The notes: generated by a model not told the origin, from the letters alone. A stretch of 64,000 nt of DNA from an uncultured Gemmatimonadales bacterium (GCA_963821525.1 CAWGED010000005.1:352001-416000), one strand, 5' to 3'; numbered from the stretch's first letter, positions 30,240 to 42,418 are shown. Program-made: numbers and translations.

Positions 30240-31621
30240 GACTGGGTCGCCTCACCATGTCGGGCTGCCCAGGTCCGCTCCCGGATTCGGGTGAGATCCC
30301 CTCGCGGCAGAGTATCGAGCAGTTTCCATCCCACTTCGAGGGTCTCGGCGATGGTGCGCCGCGTCGTTCCCTGACCAACGAACTCCCGCTCGAAGGCGGT
30401 GGCAAACTCGAGCGCGCGACGGTCGGCCGGCCCCAGCCCTGCCTCGCCCACGATCGCCGCCAGCAGCCGGGCCTCGTTGCCCCGGGCGTAGACCGCGTAC
30501 AACTGATCGGCCCATTCCCGATGTTCCGCCGAGGTCCTCCCGGACCCGATTCCGGCGTTCATCAGCCGGGACAGGGAGGGAAGCACGTCTATCGGAGGCT
30601 GGATGCCGCGCCGGGCCAGCTCATGCCGCAGGACGATCTGTCCCTCGGTGATGTAGCCGGTGAGGTCGGGAATGGGATGGGTGATGTCGTTGTCCGGCAT
30701 CGTGACGATCGGAATCTGGGTGAGGGACCCAGGCCGGTCCTGGAGAATTCCGGCCCGCTCGAACAGGGCCGCCAAGTCGGTATACATGTAGCCCGGGTAC
30801 CCGCGCCGGCCGGAGATTTCCTCCCGGGCGGTGCCGATCTCGCGCAGTGCTTCACAGTAGTGGGTGATGTCCGCCATCACGACCAGGACGTGCAGTCCCG
30901 CGACGAAGGCGAGGAACTCGGCCTGGGCCAGCGCGACTCGCGGAGCCAGCAGACGTTCAATGGTGGGATCCCGAGCCTGATTGAGATAGAGCACGCTCCG
31001 TTCGATCGCTCCGCTGCGCTCCAGGCGATCGAGGAAGGTGCGCGTCTCCCGACTGGTGATCCCGATTCCGACGAAGATCACCGCGAAGGCCTCGCCACGG
31101 GGCGCGCGGGCCCCTTCCACGATTTGCATGGCCAGTTCCAGGCCCGGCAGGCCCGGGCCGGAGAAGACCGGTAGCTTTTGTCCGCGCACCAGCGTGTTCA
31201 TGCCATCGATGGCGGAGATGCCGGTTTCGATGAAGTCGGCCGGCCGGCTCCGGCGCACCGGGTTGATCGGGCTTCCCCAGATCGGCACTCGGGCTTCGCC
31301 CACCGGAGCGGGCAATCCATCGATGGGAACCCCGACTCCGGTGAACGCCCGCCCGAGCAGCTCGCGTCCCACAGTCGCAGAGGCAATCTCTCCCGTGAGG
31401 GTGACTTCGCTCGCCCGGGCCGAAAGGCCAAGGGTGTCCTCCAGAACCTGAATGACGGTCAATTCGGTTCCTGCATCGATGACCTGACCGCGGCGGGGCG
31501 GTTGATCGGGAAGCCGGATCGTGACCCATTCGCCCAGCGCCACCGCGGCAGTGCGCTCGAGAAACAGCAGCGGACCGGCGGCTCCAGCGGCACCGCGGTA
31601 GGTGCGAGAGATCGCGGTCAT
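30236..31621 (-). CDS. ntpB: V/A-type ATP synthase subunit B
   Basis: [53 protein letters not shown]. Confidence 0.95.
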   Translation of the reverse strand: MTAISRTYRGAAGAAGPLLFLERTAAVALGEWVTIRLPDQPPRRGQVIDAGTELTVIQVLEDTLGLSARASEVTLTGEIASATVGRELLGRAFTGVGVPIDGLPAPVGEARVPIWGSPINPVRRSRPADFIETGISAIDGMNTLVRGQKLPVFSGPGLPGLELAMQIVEGARAPRGEAFAVIFVGIGITSRETRTFLDRLERSGAIERSVLYLNQARDPTIERLLAPRVALAQAEFLAFVAGLHVLVVMADITHYCEALREIGTAREEISGRRGYPGYMYTDLAALFERAGILQDRPGSLTQIPIVTMPDNDITHPIPDLTGYITEGQIVLRHELARRGIQPPIDVLPSLSRLMNAGIGSGRTSAEHREWADQLYAVYARGNEARLLAAIVGEAGLGPADRRALEFATAFEREFVGQGTTRRTIAETLEVGWKLLDTLPRGDLTRIRERTWAARHGEATQS

Positions 31622-33368
31622 GAGGCCACCGCTCCGGTTCCCAGTGCGGCGAGAGCGGTTTCCACCGCGGAAACCTGCGGTTCGAGCTGATTGGGCGCAC
31701 TGTCCCGCAGCGCGAAGAGTGCCTGGCGGGTGGGTTCGAAATCGAGTCCGACGGCGGTGGCGCCGCCTTCCAGGAGGGTCCCGGCTCTCCGGTGAAGTGC
31801 CACCAGCAACCGTATCAATTGATAGGTCTTCGGAATCGGCGAGCTGGCATCGTTCGGGTCGTAGGCGCTTTGACCCAGCACCGCCTCCCGGGCCAGTCGG
31901 GCGAGATCGAGCAGCACCCGATCCGAATCCTGAAGTGCTTCCGGCCCGACCAGCGCCGCGATCTCCCGCAACTCCTGTCCGCGCTGCAACAGGGTGAGCA
32001 GGGCCTGCCGCAGCTCGGCCCAATCCGCACCACCGTGCTCCGCGAACCAGGGCGCCGTGGCCTCGACGTAATGGCTGTAGCTCGTTTCCCAGTCGACGGC
32101 CGGGAACTGACGCTGATGCGCCAGAGCCGGATCCAGCGCCCAGAGCGCGCCGGTGATTCGCAGCGAGGCCTGGGTCACCGGTTCCGAGAGATCTCCTCCC
32201 GGTGGAGAAATCGCGCTGATCAGGGTCAAGGCACCCGAGCGTTCGGGGACGCCGAGTGCCCGGACATAACCGGCCCGTTCGTAGAATTGCCCCAGGCGAT
32301 TCGCGAGGTACGTCGGGTAGCCTTCCTCGCCGGGCATCTCCTCCAGTCGCGCACTGATTTCCCGCAACGCCTCCGCCCAGCGCGATAGGCTGTCCGCCAT
32401 CAGGGCCACCCGAAAGCCCATGTCCCGGTAATACTCCGCGATGGTGATGCCGAGATAGATCGATGCCTCCCGCGCCGCGACCGGCATGTTCGAGGTATTC
32501 ACTACCATGACGGTGCGATCCATGATGGAGCGCCCGGTCTGAGGATCGATGAGTTGGGGGAATTCGTGCAGGACCTCGGACATCTCATTGCCCCGCTCGC
32601 CGCATCCGATGTACACGACGATGTCCGCCTGGGCGTAACGGGCCAGGCTCTGCTCGATAACGGTCTTCCCGGTGCCAAAGCCACCCGGCACCGCGACCGT
32701 GCCGCCTTCGGCCACGGGATAGAGCAGGTCGAAGATCCGCTGGCCGGTGATCATGGGCCGCTGATCCGGCAACCGTTCCCTGACCGGTCGTGGAATGCGC
32801 ACCGGCCAGCGGTGGGCGAGGTGCAGTAGGGTTCCATCCTCCAATCGGCCCAGCGGCTCCGACAGCATGACCGGGCCACTCCGCAGTTCCTTCAAGGTGC
32901 CCTGCACGCCGGGTGGCACCAAGCACCCGATGGATGAGACCGGGTCGCTCCTCGATCTCACCCAGTACATCGCCTGAGGCTACTGCGGCTCCCGGGAGGA
33001 GCCGGGCCACGAAATTCCAGCTCCGGCTTGGGATCGAGAGTGGGACAGTCGATGCCCGGCGCGATGAAATCGCCGCTCAAGCCCGCCACAGTCCCGAGCG
33101 GCCGCCCCAGCCCATCGAGGACCGATCCCAGCAGTCCGGGTCCCAGGGTGATCGAGAGCGAGGTGCCGGTGAGAGTAACCGGCTCGCCGATCCGGAGCCC
33201 GGCCGTCTCTTCATAGACCTGTAGTGTCGCCGTGTCGTGTGAGAGGCGGATGACCTCCCCCAGTAGGCCGCGCTCACCGACCCGCGCGAGCTCATAGAGT
33301 CCGGCTGAACCCGCCGGGGAAACCTCGACCAGCGTGCCGGTGATCCGGCGAATCCGCGGGGTGTTCAC
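31618..33368 (-). CDS. ntpA: V/A-type ATP synthase subunit A (indels near 32950-33030)
   Basis: [18 protein letters not shown] (Walker A), [20 protein letters not shown]. Confidence 0.95.
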
Positions 33369-33694
33369 CGGAGCCTCACCCGGTAGCCGATCGCACGGCG
33401 CAGCAACTCCACGATGTACTGGTCGGATTCGACGCCGGCCGTCACCCAGGAGGGACCGGGAAAGGGCACAACCATCGGCAGCGGCCGTCGCGCCAGGTCG
33501 CGCCGGGTATCCTCGTTGAGCGACTGATGGATGCTGTCCTCCACGAGAACCAGTCCGACTTCCGGTCGCTCCGCCAATCGGGAGAGCAGAGCTGCGCCTT
33601 CCGCCGGACTTTCCACCTCCACCGGCCGCAAACCGGCGAGCATGAAGCCGGCTGCCACTTCGGGACGACAGAGCACCACCACGTTGTGTGTCAT
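33365..33694 (-). CDS. ntpF: V/A-type ATP synthase subunit F
   Basis: AAGFMLAG, LLRRAIGY; size and position in the operon. Confidence 0.85.
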   Translation of the reverse strand: MTHNVVVLCRPEVAAGFMLAGLRPVEVESPAEGAALLSRLAERPEVGLVLVEDSIHQSLNEDTRRDLARRPLPMVVPFPGPSWVTAGVESDQYIVELLRRAIGYRVRLR

Positions 33695-34703
33695 GCCACC
33701 TTCTCTCCGCTCCGGTCCGGGATCGGCGCTCCCATAGCACGACCCCAGATCAATCGCTGGAGCTGGACTAACTCGGCTCGAACCGAGAGGACGTACTGGA
33801 GAGTTGGCATCGGTCCCAGAGGGTCCAGGCGCGCGAGTCGGTGCGCCTCGCTCCGGCGCCACGAGAAAACGGCGCGGTCGAGCGCGGCAAGATCAGGGCC
33901 CTCGCGTTGGAGGATCGCGGCGAGCGGAGTGGGAGCGAGCACTTTGATCAAATACTCGATCCGGTCCTGCGGATTTGGCCGCCCGGTACTGGAGATGAAG
34001 TGCGCTCGACTCAGCGCCCGCCCACCCGGGATCCAGCAGTCCGTCGGGCGAAGCTCGCTCGAGTCGGTGAGTAACAGCGCCGAGCGCACGTTCTCGAGGT
34101 CGATCATCAGCTGGAGATCGGGCAGCAGTCGCGGCTCCGTGCGGGAGACCTGAGCGGTAGCTCGCTCGGCGAAGGCGCGCGCCAATCCCAGGTCGAGAGC
34201 CAGGAGATCGGGTCGTTCCTGTCCCACTACATCGCGGAACGGTGCCGCCAGTCCGTGACCCCAGATCGCGAGGGTGGTGCCGATGGCCCCGGGCGTGGAG
34301 AGTCGGGCCAGCTCTTCGAGCATTCGCGAGGGAAGGGCTCGGCGTGGGCAGCAGTCCCCGAAGGCGGGCCTCGGGAGCAGCGCCTTCTACCGCGCCGCGC
34401 GCCAGGGCTCGAAGACTGCGGCGATCTTCTGCCTCGTATACGACGGCCAGGGCGGCTACGCGGGGGCCTCCACACCAGCGGGCGAGCAGGGCAAGTCGGT
34501 TCCCCTCTACTCGACGTACTGCCGCTTCCAATTTCGCGGGAGTTGACGGGTCCGGATCCTGCTGGCACCCGAATACCTTTGGCCTCGAGTGCCGTTGCCA
34601 GTGCGGGAAGGTCGATGGCAGCGGCAAGCGCGGCCAACTCCACCGGCCCGAGCAAGTGCAGGCCGAGGCCCCGAACCCGTGCGTTCACATCGTCCCAATT
34701 CAT
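33691..34703 (-). CDS. ntpC: V/A-type ATP synthase subunit C/d (indels)
   Basis: VNARVRGL..HLL, IDLENVR, ELVQLQRLIWG; position in the operon. Confidence 0.75.
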
Positions 34704-35291
34704 GGGCTCTCCGGTCGCTCGAGCCAGGCGAGCAGCTTCATGCTCAGCTCGGGCCAGCTCTGCCTGAGCCGGGTGGCGAGGGTTGCATCGATGACCACCG
34801 AACCGTCCACCGTCGTGACCGTCATACCGCTGGTGATCGCAGGATCGGCCTGGACGGTAATGCCGGAACGCCCGTCCAGCGCGTCGCGCGCCCAGCCCAC
34901 GAGATCTGGCGGAGCGTGCACCACGGCCGGGAATCCCATTCACGTAGGTGAGGGCGCGATCCAGGTCGCGGCCCAGCCCGGAACGGTTCGCGGGATCCAG
35001 GGTTGCCGCAGGGAGTTTCGCTTCGACCGTGGCCAGCACCTGATCGAGCAACGTCTGGCGGCGACGGAGCATCTCGGCGCGGAGCCGGCGCCGCTCGACG
35101 AGCAGCACCCGCTCGATCTCCTCGCGGAGCCGTTTTTCCTGCGCCCGAAGTGTGCCGGCTCGCAAGGCATCGGCCTTGGCCCGGGCCGCGCTGCGCAGCC
35201 GGGTCGCCTCCGCTTCAGCGGCCTCCATGCGCTGCTCGGCGGTGCGAGCCGCATCGCGTTCCAGCGCGGCGAGGAGGTGGTCAAGCGCCAT
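34700..35291 (-). CDS. ntpE: V/A-type ATP synthase subunit E (indel near 34935)
   Basis: MALDHLLAALERDA coiled coil; C-terminal DGSVVIDATLATRL. Confidence 0.8.
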
Positions 35292-35297
35292 GAGGGC

Positions 35298-35518
35298 TCA
35301 GAGCCCGCCGCGGAGGATGATCAACACCGCCACCACAAAGCCCAGGATCGTCATCGTCTCGGGAATGGCGAGGAGGATGATGGCGGTCGTGCTCAGCTCC
35401 GGCTTTTCCGCAAGGCTGGCCGCCGCTGCGGGCCCGATCCGCGATTGCGCCCACGCAGTGGCCAAGCCGGAATACCCACCGCGATGGCGGCGCTCAAGGT
35501 GACCAGGACCGGGTTCAT
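35298..35518 (-). CDS. ntpK: V/A-type ATP synthase proteolipid (c/K), single hairpin (indel near 35465)
   Basis: Hand translation: MNPVLVTLSAAIAVGIP..ATAWAQSRIGPAAAASLAEKPELSTTAIILLAIPETMTILGFVVAVLI. Confidence 0.85.
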
Positions 35519-35521
35519 GAT

Positions 35522-37427
35522 TCAGCTCCTTTCTAGAGCCGGATGATCGGCCGGAGGACGCCAGTGGCCGAGGGGTTGGTAACGGACACCGCCGGGACTG
35601 TAGAAGCGCCCGAAAAACTCCACATAGTGCAACCGCAGGGCGTGAATGGTCGGGCTGAACAGACCCAGCGCGAAGTTCACGAGATGGAAGAGCAGTGCGA
35701 AGACCACGCCGACGGCGACGCTCCCGAGAGCGCCAGACATCTGGTTCGCCACGATGGCGAGCATTACCGACGCCGTCCCCAGTGCCATGATGCGGGCGTA
35801 GGAGAGAATGTTCCCCAGGGTCGAGACGAGTTCGACGGGTGCCACCAGTCCCTCGACCACGACCAGGATCGGAAATGCGATGACTAGAGCGGTGACTGTT
35901 GGGGTGAGGAGCTGGTGCGGGAGCACTTCGGTCACCGCCAGAAGCGAGATCACGATGAGGGAGATCATCACCGCCGAAAGGCCCTTCCCGATGGCCTGGC
36001 GCTTGTGCCCCTTGAATGCCCCGGCCACGCCAAGACAGAGACCGAGCAGGATGTGCACCACGCCCAGTGCCAGGACCAGGGCGAGGAATGGCACGATCGC
36101 CTCCGCCCGGTCGAACAGCAGAGGCCGCAGCCCGAACCAGCGACGGCCCAGGTCTCCGAAGAACTCGCCGAAGGCCAGGCCGAAGATGACGGTGAAGGCA
36201 GCACAGGCTCCGGCGATCTCCGACACGGCGCGCCGAGTGGTTCCTGGGCTCGAGCGATGCCTCAGGATCAGGCTCAGCGCTGCCAGCATGAGTCCGTATC
36301 CCAGGTCGCCGAGCATGAGGCCGAAGAACATGGGAAAGAAGACCGCCAGATAGGGAGTGGGGTCTATGGTCCCATACCGGGGCAGTGGCAATAGCTGGAT
36401 CAGTAGCTCGAACGGTCGAAACAGCCGGGGATTCCGGAGTACGACTGGTGCCGCCTCAGCGGCCCAGTCGGCGGCCTCGACCCGCTCTACGGCGATCAGG
36501 TCGCCGACCTCGCGAGCGAGCCGATCCTCAACTCGCGGCACCGCTGCAAGGGGGACCCAGCCCTCGAGCACGAAGGCTCGTTCGGTCACCGCCGACAGCG
36601 GGATCGCTTCCAGCCGCTGAGAGAGATCGTGGAAGACCGCCTGTGCCTTGAGTAATTCCGGGCTCGCCGCCCGAAGCAGCCGGCTGCGTTCCGCCGTGAG
36701 TGCAGCGACCTCGCCGGGATCGCCTCCAGACGCTCCAGCATCTGCGGCATCGCCTCGGTCAGGGTGGCTCCCTGGTAGCGGCTGGGAACCGGGATATCCT
36801 GAACCCTGCTCTCGGCCAGAAGACGGTCGACTCGCTCGGCGCTTTCAGCCGGGACCAGGATCAGCATTGCGCTCTCGCCACTGGGTAGGCGATGGGTGCG
36901 CAGCTCGAACTCGGTTCCGATCACCTTGGTGAGATGTTCGCGCAGCCGTCCGATGACCTCCTCCTGCCCTGCCTGGAGCAGCACGTGATAGGCGCGGCAC
37001 AGTTCCCAGCGCGCGGCCGGGGATGGCAAGATCCTGGAAGGTGGCGAACAAGCCACGATACTTGACGATGAGCGCCCGCTCTTCTTCCCCAGCCGCGATC
37101 CTCGCATCCAGCCGTTCGGCCTCCCGCCGGGTTCTCCGGGCCAGTCGGCACCAACGAGCGATCTGCCCGTTGCTGACGACTCTGGGACGCGGCCGTCGGG
37201 CGTTGCGGCTTTCCCAGCTTGGTCTGCAGCACCTCGATGTCATCCAGGCCGCGGCGAAGGTAACGGCGTAACCGCAGTTGCTTCGGAGTGGAGCCCACCG
37301 GAGCCAGGTGGGCGTCCGGTGTTACGGGGGCAACATGGAGCAGGCCCGTGTCTTGAACCACGTTCAGGACATCGGGCAGGAGCTGCCTCGGGCCCATGAT
37401 GCGAAGCTTCGCCATGGCCAGGATCAT
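35522..37427 (-). CDS. ntpI: V/A-type ATP synthase subunit I/a (several indels)
   Basis: MAKLRIMG, LEGWVP, PRYGTIDPT, FFGLMLGDLGYG, LSYARIMALG, LRLHYVEFFGRFY. Confidence 0.9.
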
Positions 37428-37775
37428 CGTGGCGCCTCGCGGTAAGCGAGCAGCTCGAGCACGAGGCGGTCGGCCAAGGCGTTGAGCTCCTCCGGCCCCA
37501 TCGTCCAATCCCTCCTGTCGGCTGCGGCCGCCAGGCGACGCAATGCGGCATCCCGCTCGTGGCGAGACCGCCTCCAGACGATCGACCTCGGCTTCCGCCT
37601 CCTGGGCGGCTTTCGCCTCGATATCGGCGGCGTCGGCTTTGGCCTTCTCAATCACCGACGCCGCGCGCACCGCGACGTCGCGCAGCATAGTGGTGAGCCG
37701 CGCCTCGGCTGAAATCAGCCGCTCCAGTTCCTTCGCCGGCGCCGGGGTTGCCTTCCCCGATTTGAACCCGAACAT
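37424..37775 (-). CDS. Probable V/A-type ATP synthase subunit G/H (indel)
   Basis: Short Ala/Glu-rich coiled coil at the head of the operon; stop overlaps the start of subunit I. Confidence 0.6.
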
Positions 37776-38019
37776 CGTGACCCTCCGTCACATGAGCCCC
37801 ATCCTGGAATCCCCGAGCTGCGGGCCGTTCCTCGGGGAGACCGCATGGAAAGGTCGCTTCCCCTTCCCCAACGAATCATTAACTCCGGGTTAAGACTCCC
37901 TTCATATGTCTATTGTGATACTTGCAATGGTTCGGCGAATTCCGTAGATCTGGGGCGCCACGCTATACCGATTTCCACCGACTGCTGTTCGCACCCACCT
38001 CGGGGTCGGAGGATTCTCC

Positions 38020-39168
38020 ATGCACGGACCACTCGCCCATCCATGGACCGAGGGAGATACCCTCGCCCAGCACTTGGAGCGCACCGGCATAACCCGCCGG
38101 GAATTCCTGGCTTTCTGCCGCGATCTCTCCATCGTGCTCGGGCTGGGCACCGTTGCGGGCAAGCAGGTGGCGGCCGCGCTGCAACAAGTGAAACGCCCCA
38201 GCGTGATCTGGCTGCAGCTCCAGGAATGCACCGGCTGCGTAGAAAGTGTGCTTCGGACAGCCGAGCCGACGATAGGAAACCTGCTCCTCGATCTGGTCTC
38301 GCTGGACTACAGTCATACCCTCATGGCCGCGGCGGGGCATGCGGTGGAATCCGCGAAGGAAGCGGCCATGAAGGCCAACTTTGGGCAATATCTCCTCGTC
38401 GTAACCGGCTCGATCCCTACCAAAGACGGGGGCATCTACACCGTGGTGGGCGGCCGAACCTGCCAGGATATCCTCGAAGAAGCCGCAAAGGGCGCGGCCG
38501 CCATCCTCGCTGTCGGGGCATGTGCCCACTGGGGCAGTGTCCAGGCGGCGCGGCCCAATCCGACCGGGGCAGTCGGCGTTCGGGACATTATCAAGAACAA
38601 GCCCGTGATCAACATCGCCGGGTGCCCGCCGATCGGTGACGTAGTGACCGCGACGGTAGTCCATTTCCTGACTTTCAATCGTCTGCCCGACATGGATGCG
38701 GAGGGCCGGCCGCTCTTCGCCTATGGGGCGCGGATTCATGATCAGTGCCCCCGCCGGGCCAACTTCGATGCCGGCCAGTTCGTCGAAGTGTTCGATGATG
38801 ACGCCGCGCGCCGGGGGTGGTGCCTCTACAAGGTCGGGTGCAAGGGACCCGCGACCTTCTCCCCCTGTCCGATCTTTCAGTGGAACACCCGCACCAGCTG
38901 GCCGATCGGCGCCGGCCATCCGTGCATCGGGTGCACCGAGCCCCATTTCTGGGACACGATGAGCCCGTTCTACGAGCGGCTGCCCGATGTGGGAGGATTC
39001 GGGGTGGAACAGCGGGTGGATCTCCTGGGAGCGGCCCTCGCGCTAGGAGCTACTGCGGGTGTCGTGGCGCATGCCGCCGCCACCGGCATCCATCAGGCGC
39101 GGGAGCGGAAACGCCAACTGCCAGTGGTTGAACCACCGCCCGGCGGATCCCCACCTTCGAACGCCTGA
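38020..39168 (+). CDS. hyaA: Group 1 [NiFe]-hydrogenase small subunit
   Basis: TRREFL Tat motif; ECTGC, GCPP, HDQCPRR, CLYKVGCKGP, HPCIGC; C-terminal TM. Confidence 0.95.
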   Translation: MHGPLAHPWTEGDTLAQHLERTGITRREFLAFCRDLSIVLGLGTVAGKQVAAALQQVKRPSVIWLQLQECTGCVESVLRTAEPTIGNLLLDLVSLDYSHTLMAAAGHAVESAKEAAMKANFGQYLLVVTGSIPTKDGGIYTVVGGRTCQDILEEAAKGAAAILAVGACAHWGSVQAARPNPTGAVGVRDIIKNKPVINIAGCPPIGDVVTATVVHFLTFNRLPDMDAEGRPLFAYGARIHDQCPRRANFDAGQFVEVFDDDAARRGWCLYKVGCKGPATFSPCPIFQWNTRTSWPIGAGHPCIGCTEPHFWDTMSPFYERLPDVGGFGVEQRVDLLGAALALGATAGVVAHAAATGIHQARERKRQLPVVEPPPGGSPPSNA

Positions 39169-39181
39169 CCGGAGGCCTCCC

Positions 39182-40897
39182 ATGGCCGTGACCAAAGTCG
39201 TCGTGGATCCCATTACCCGGATCGAAGGCCACCTGCGCATCGAGGTGGAGGCCGATAATGGCCGGATCGCCAAGTCCTGGGCCTCCTCGACGCAATTCCG
39301 GGGAATCGAGCTGGTCATGGAAGGCCGCGATCCCCGAGATGCCTGGGCCTTCACCCAGCGCATCTGCGGCGTCTGCACCGTGGTACACGCGGTGGCCTCG
39401 TGCCGCGCGGTCGAGGATGCTCTCGGAATCAAGATTCCTGCCAATGCCAATCTGATCCGGAATCTGATTCACGGGATGCAGTTCATCCACGACCATGTGA
39501 TCCACTTCTACCACCTGCACGCGCTCGACTGGGTGGACGTGGTAAGCGCGCTCAAGGCAAACCCCGATGGCACCGCCGGGATCGCGAAGAAGATCTCTCC
39601 CTGGCCCAACAATTCCGCGACCTATTTCGCCGAGATCCAGGAACGCCTCAAGAAGTTCGTCGGGAGCGGGCAACTGGGGATCTTCGCCAACGGCTATTGG
39701 GGGCATCCCGCCTACAAACTTCCTCCCGAGGTGAACCTGCTCGCCGTAGCGCACTATCTGGAGGCGCTCGACTGGCAGCGGGACGTGGTCCGGTTGCACA
39801 CCATCTTCGGCGGCAAGAATCCCCATCCCAACTTCCTGGTGGGAGGGATGGCATCGGCCATCAACCTCAACGACACCGCGACCATCAATGCCGAGCGACT
39901 GACCGACATCCGGGACATGATCACCCGGGCCCGCCGCTTCGTGGAGCAGGTCTACTGGCCGGATCTGGTCGCCATTGCGGGCTTCTATAAGGATTGGGCT
40001 GCCATCGGCGGCGGCGTGCCCCATTTCATGAGCTATGGCGAATTCCCCGAGGCCGACATCGGTGACCTCGACAAACTCTACTTCCCGCGCGGCATCGTCC
40101 TCGATATGGACCTCTCCCGGGTCCATCCCTTCGAGCCGGAGCGGGTTCAGGAATTCATCAACAGCTCGTGGTACGAATACCCCGGCGGCGACGAGCAGGG
40201 CCTGCACCCGTACGATGGAGAGACCAAGGCCAAATACACCGGCCCGAAACCGCCATGGGAATACCTGCAGGGGCTGCCGAAGTATTCCTGGATGAAATCA
40301 CCCCGGTATGACGGCCGGCCGATGCAGGTGGGACCTCTGGCCCGAGCGCTGGTGGGCTACGCCTCGGGCCATCAAGAGATACGGGAGATGGTCAAGCAGG
40401 TGCTGGATACCCTCCAGGTCGGTCCTGCCGCCCTCTTCTCGACCCTCGGGAGGACGGCGGCGCGGGGAATGGAGACCGTGCTCCTGGCTCGACAGATGGA
40501 TCGCTGGTACGCGGCACTGGTGGACCGGATCAAGAGCGGCGACACCCAGACTTTCTCCCGGGAAAAATGGGAACCGTCCACCTGGCCGGCGGAATCGAAA
40601 GGATTCGGTTGGCTGGATGCCCCCCGAGGGGCGCTGGGGCACTGGGTCCGGATCAAGGACGGGAAGATTTCCAAGTATCAGTGTGTTGTTCCCAGCACCT
40701 GGAACTGCTCACCGCGCGATGGGAAGGGACAGTTGGGACCCTATGAGGCGTCGCTGGTAGACAACCATCCTCTCGTCCGCCCCGACCAGCCGCTCGAGAT
40801 TCTGCGCACCATCCATTCATTCGATCCGTGTATGTCGTGCGGAGTCCACGTGCTGGATCCGCGCGGCGCCCTGCTCACCTCGGTGAAGGTGCAATGA
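39182..40897 (+). CDS. hyaB: Group 1 [NiFe]-hydrogenase large subunit
   Basis: DPITRIEGH; L1 QRICGVCTVVH; L2 SFDPCMSCGVH plus a cleavable tail. Confidence 0.95.
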   Translation: MAVTKVVVDPITRIEGHLRIEVEADNGRIAKSWASSTQFRGIELVMEGRDPRDAWAFTQRICGVCTVVHAVASCRAVEDALGIKIPANANLIRNLIHGMQFIHDHVIHFYHLHALDWVDVVSALKANPDGTAGIAKKISPWPNNSATYFAEIQERLKKFVGSGQLGIFANGYWGHPAYKLPPEVNLLAVAHYLEALDWQRDVVRLHTIFGGKNPHPNFLVGGMASAINLNDTATINAERLTDIRDMITRARRFVEQVYWPDLVAIAGFYKDWAAIGGGVPHFMSYGEFPEADIGDLDKLYFPRGIVLDMDLSRVHPFEPERVQEFINSSWYEYPGGDEQGLHPYDGETKAKYTGPKPPWEYLQGLPKYSWMKSPRYDGRPMQVGPLARALVGYASGHQEIREMVKQVLDTLQVGPAALFSTLGRTAARGMETVLLARQMDRWYAALVDRIKSGDTQTFSREKWEPSTWPAESKGFGWLDAPRGALGHWVRIKDGKISKYQCVVPSTWNCSPRDGKGQLGPYEASLVDNHPLVRPDQPLEILRTIHSFDPCMSCGVHVLDPRGALLTSVKVQ

Positions 40898-41671
40898 GCG
40901 AACTCCGCGACCCATCCGGCCGCGCCCACCACCGGAGGATTCGGCCTGGCCCGAAAGATCCCTCCGCGGAGCGGTCGCTATGTGTGGGTCTACCTCTGGG
41001 CCTGGCCGATCCGTGCCATGCACTGGATAGCCGCGGGCTGCATCCTGACTCTGGTCGTGACCGGACTCTTTATCGGAAGACCATACTTCGTCACGCAAGA
41101 AGGGAGTTCCGCCGCCCCCTTCCTGATGGGATGGATGCGTTTTCTGCACTTCGCGGCGGCGGCGACGCTGGTGGCAACCGGTATTGTCCGGGTCTATTGG
41201 CTGTTCGCAGGGAATAAATTCGAGCGCTTGCGGGCGCTTTTCCCGCTGCGGGGCCGCGACTGGGTGAACATGTGGAAGCAAGTCAAGTTCTACCTCATGG
41301 TGCATCCCGAAAGGGCCCCACATTATCTCGGGCACAATCCCCTCCAGCAGATCAGCTACACCGCGATCTACCTGATGACGCTAATCATGGTAGTGACCGG
41401 CTTCACCCTGTACGGCCAGTCCGATCCGAACGGCTTCTTTTACTGGGCGTTCAACTGGGTCGCCATCCTGTTGGGAGGAACGCCGGTAGTCCGGTTCGTG
41501 CACCATGTCATGACCTGGCTTTACCTGACGTTCATCCCAATCCACATCTACCTCGCGATCCGGGCGGATAATCTCGAACACACGGGGGTGATCTCGTCCA
41601 TCATCACCGGCGGCCGGTTCGTGAAAGCGGACGAGAAGTTCGTGGATACCGGTGATACCCAGGACAGCTGA
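40894..41671 (+). CDS. hyaC: Hydrogenase b-type cytochrome subunit (indel near 40975)
   Basis: WPIRAMHW, RFLHF, GHNPLQ, RFVHH, IHIYLA. Confidence 0.9.
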
Positions 41672-42168
41672 TCCGGACTCCACCCTGGTCCTCGGGCTGG
41701 GCAACCCCCTCATGGGCGATGATGGGGTAGGCCTGGCGGTACTTTCGCGCCTGCAGCAAGACTGGGAATGTGAAGGTGTCGACTTGGTGGACGGCGGAAC
41801 GTGGGGAATGAACCTCCTCCCGCTGATCGAGGATACCCGGCGTCTTCTCCTGCTGGATGCAATCCGGCTCGGCGTCGAGCCGGGGACGGTGCACCTGCTG
41901 ACCCGGGACCAGTTGCCGCGATATCTGAGTCACAAGCTCTCGCCCCATCAGATCGATCTGAAGGAGATTCTGGCCCTGGCCGAACTGCGCGGCACCTTGC
42001 CGGAGGTGGCGATGGCGCTCGGAGTCGAGCCGGCGAAGGTGGAGTTCTCCACCAACCTGAGTCCGCCGGTGGAAGCAGCGCCTCGAGGAGCTCACCGATT
42101 TGGCGCTGCGACAGCTGGGTCAGTGGGGTCATTCATGCCGCAGCAGGGCTCCTCGGGTCTATGCATGA
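41652..42168 (+). CDS. hyaD: Hydrogenase maturation endopeptidase (indel near 42080)
   Basis: LVLGLGNPLMGDDGVG, VDGGT, LLLLDA, SPHQ. Confidence 0.9.
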
Positions 42169-42418
42169 GATGAGCCTCGCCCTCGAGGTGGGACGAATGG
42201 TCGAGAAGAGGAATGGAGCGTATCCCGGGCGACTGGTCACCGTCGGAGTAGCGGTCGGTAACGACGCTGGGGTGGAGCCGGCGAGCCTCGAATTCTGCCT
42301 CGAGGCGGTGCTGGCTCACCCGCCGTTCGCGGGGGCGCGAGCGGTGCTCACCAAGGTTCCCGGCGATGCCCTGCGCCTGGACTACCTGGAGGTGGACGAT
42401 GGCCGTCCGGACAATTGA
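42161..42418 (+). CDS. hypA: HypA nickel metallochaperone lacking the zinc finger
   Basis: MHEMSLA, V.VG..AGVEP.SLEFC, LRLDYLEV; no CxxC pairs. Confidence 0.8.
   Translation: MHEMSLALEVGRMVEKRNGAYPGRLVTVGVAVGNDAGVEPASLEFCLEAVLAHPPFAGARAVLTKVPGDALRLDYLEVDDGRPDN

Noticed and set aside
37900..37935. TTGTGATACTTGCAAT as a CRP/FNR/Rex site
   Set aside because: Only one half-site matches the known consensus
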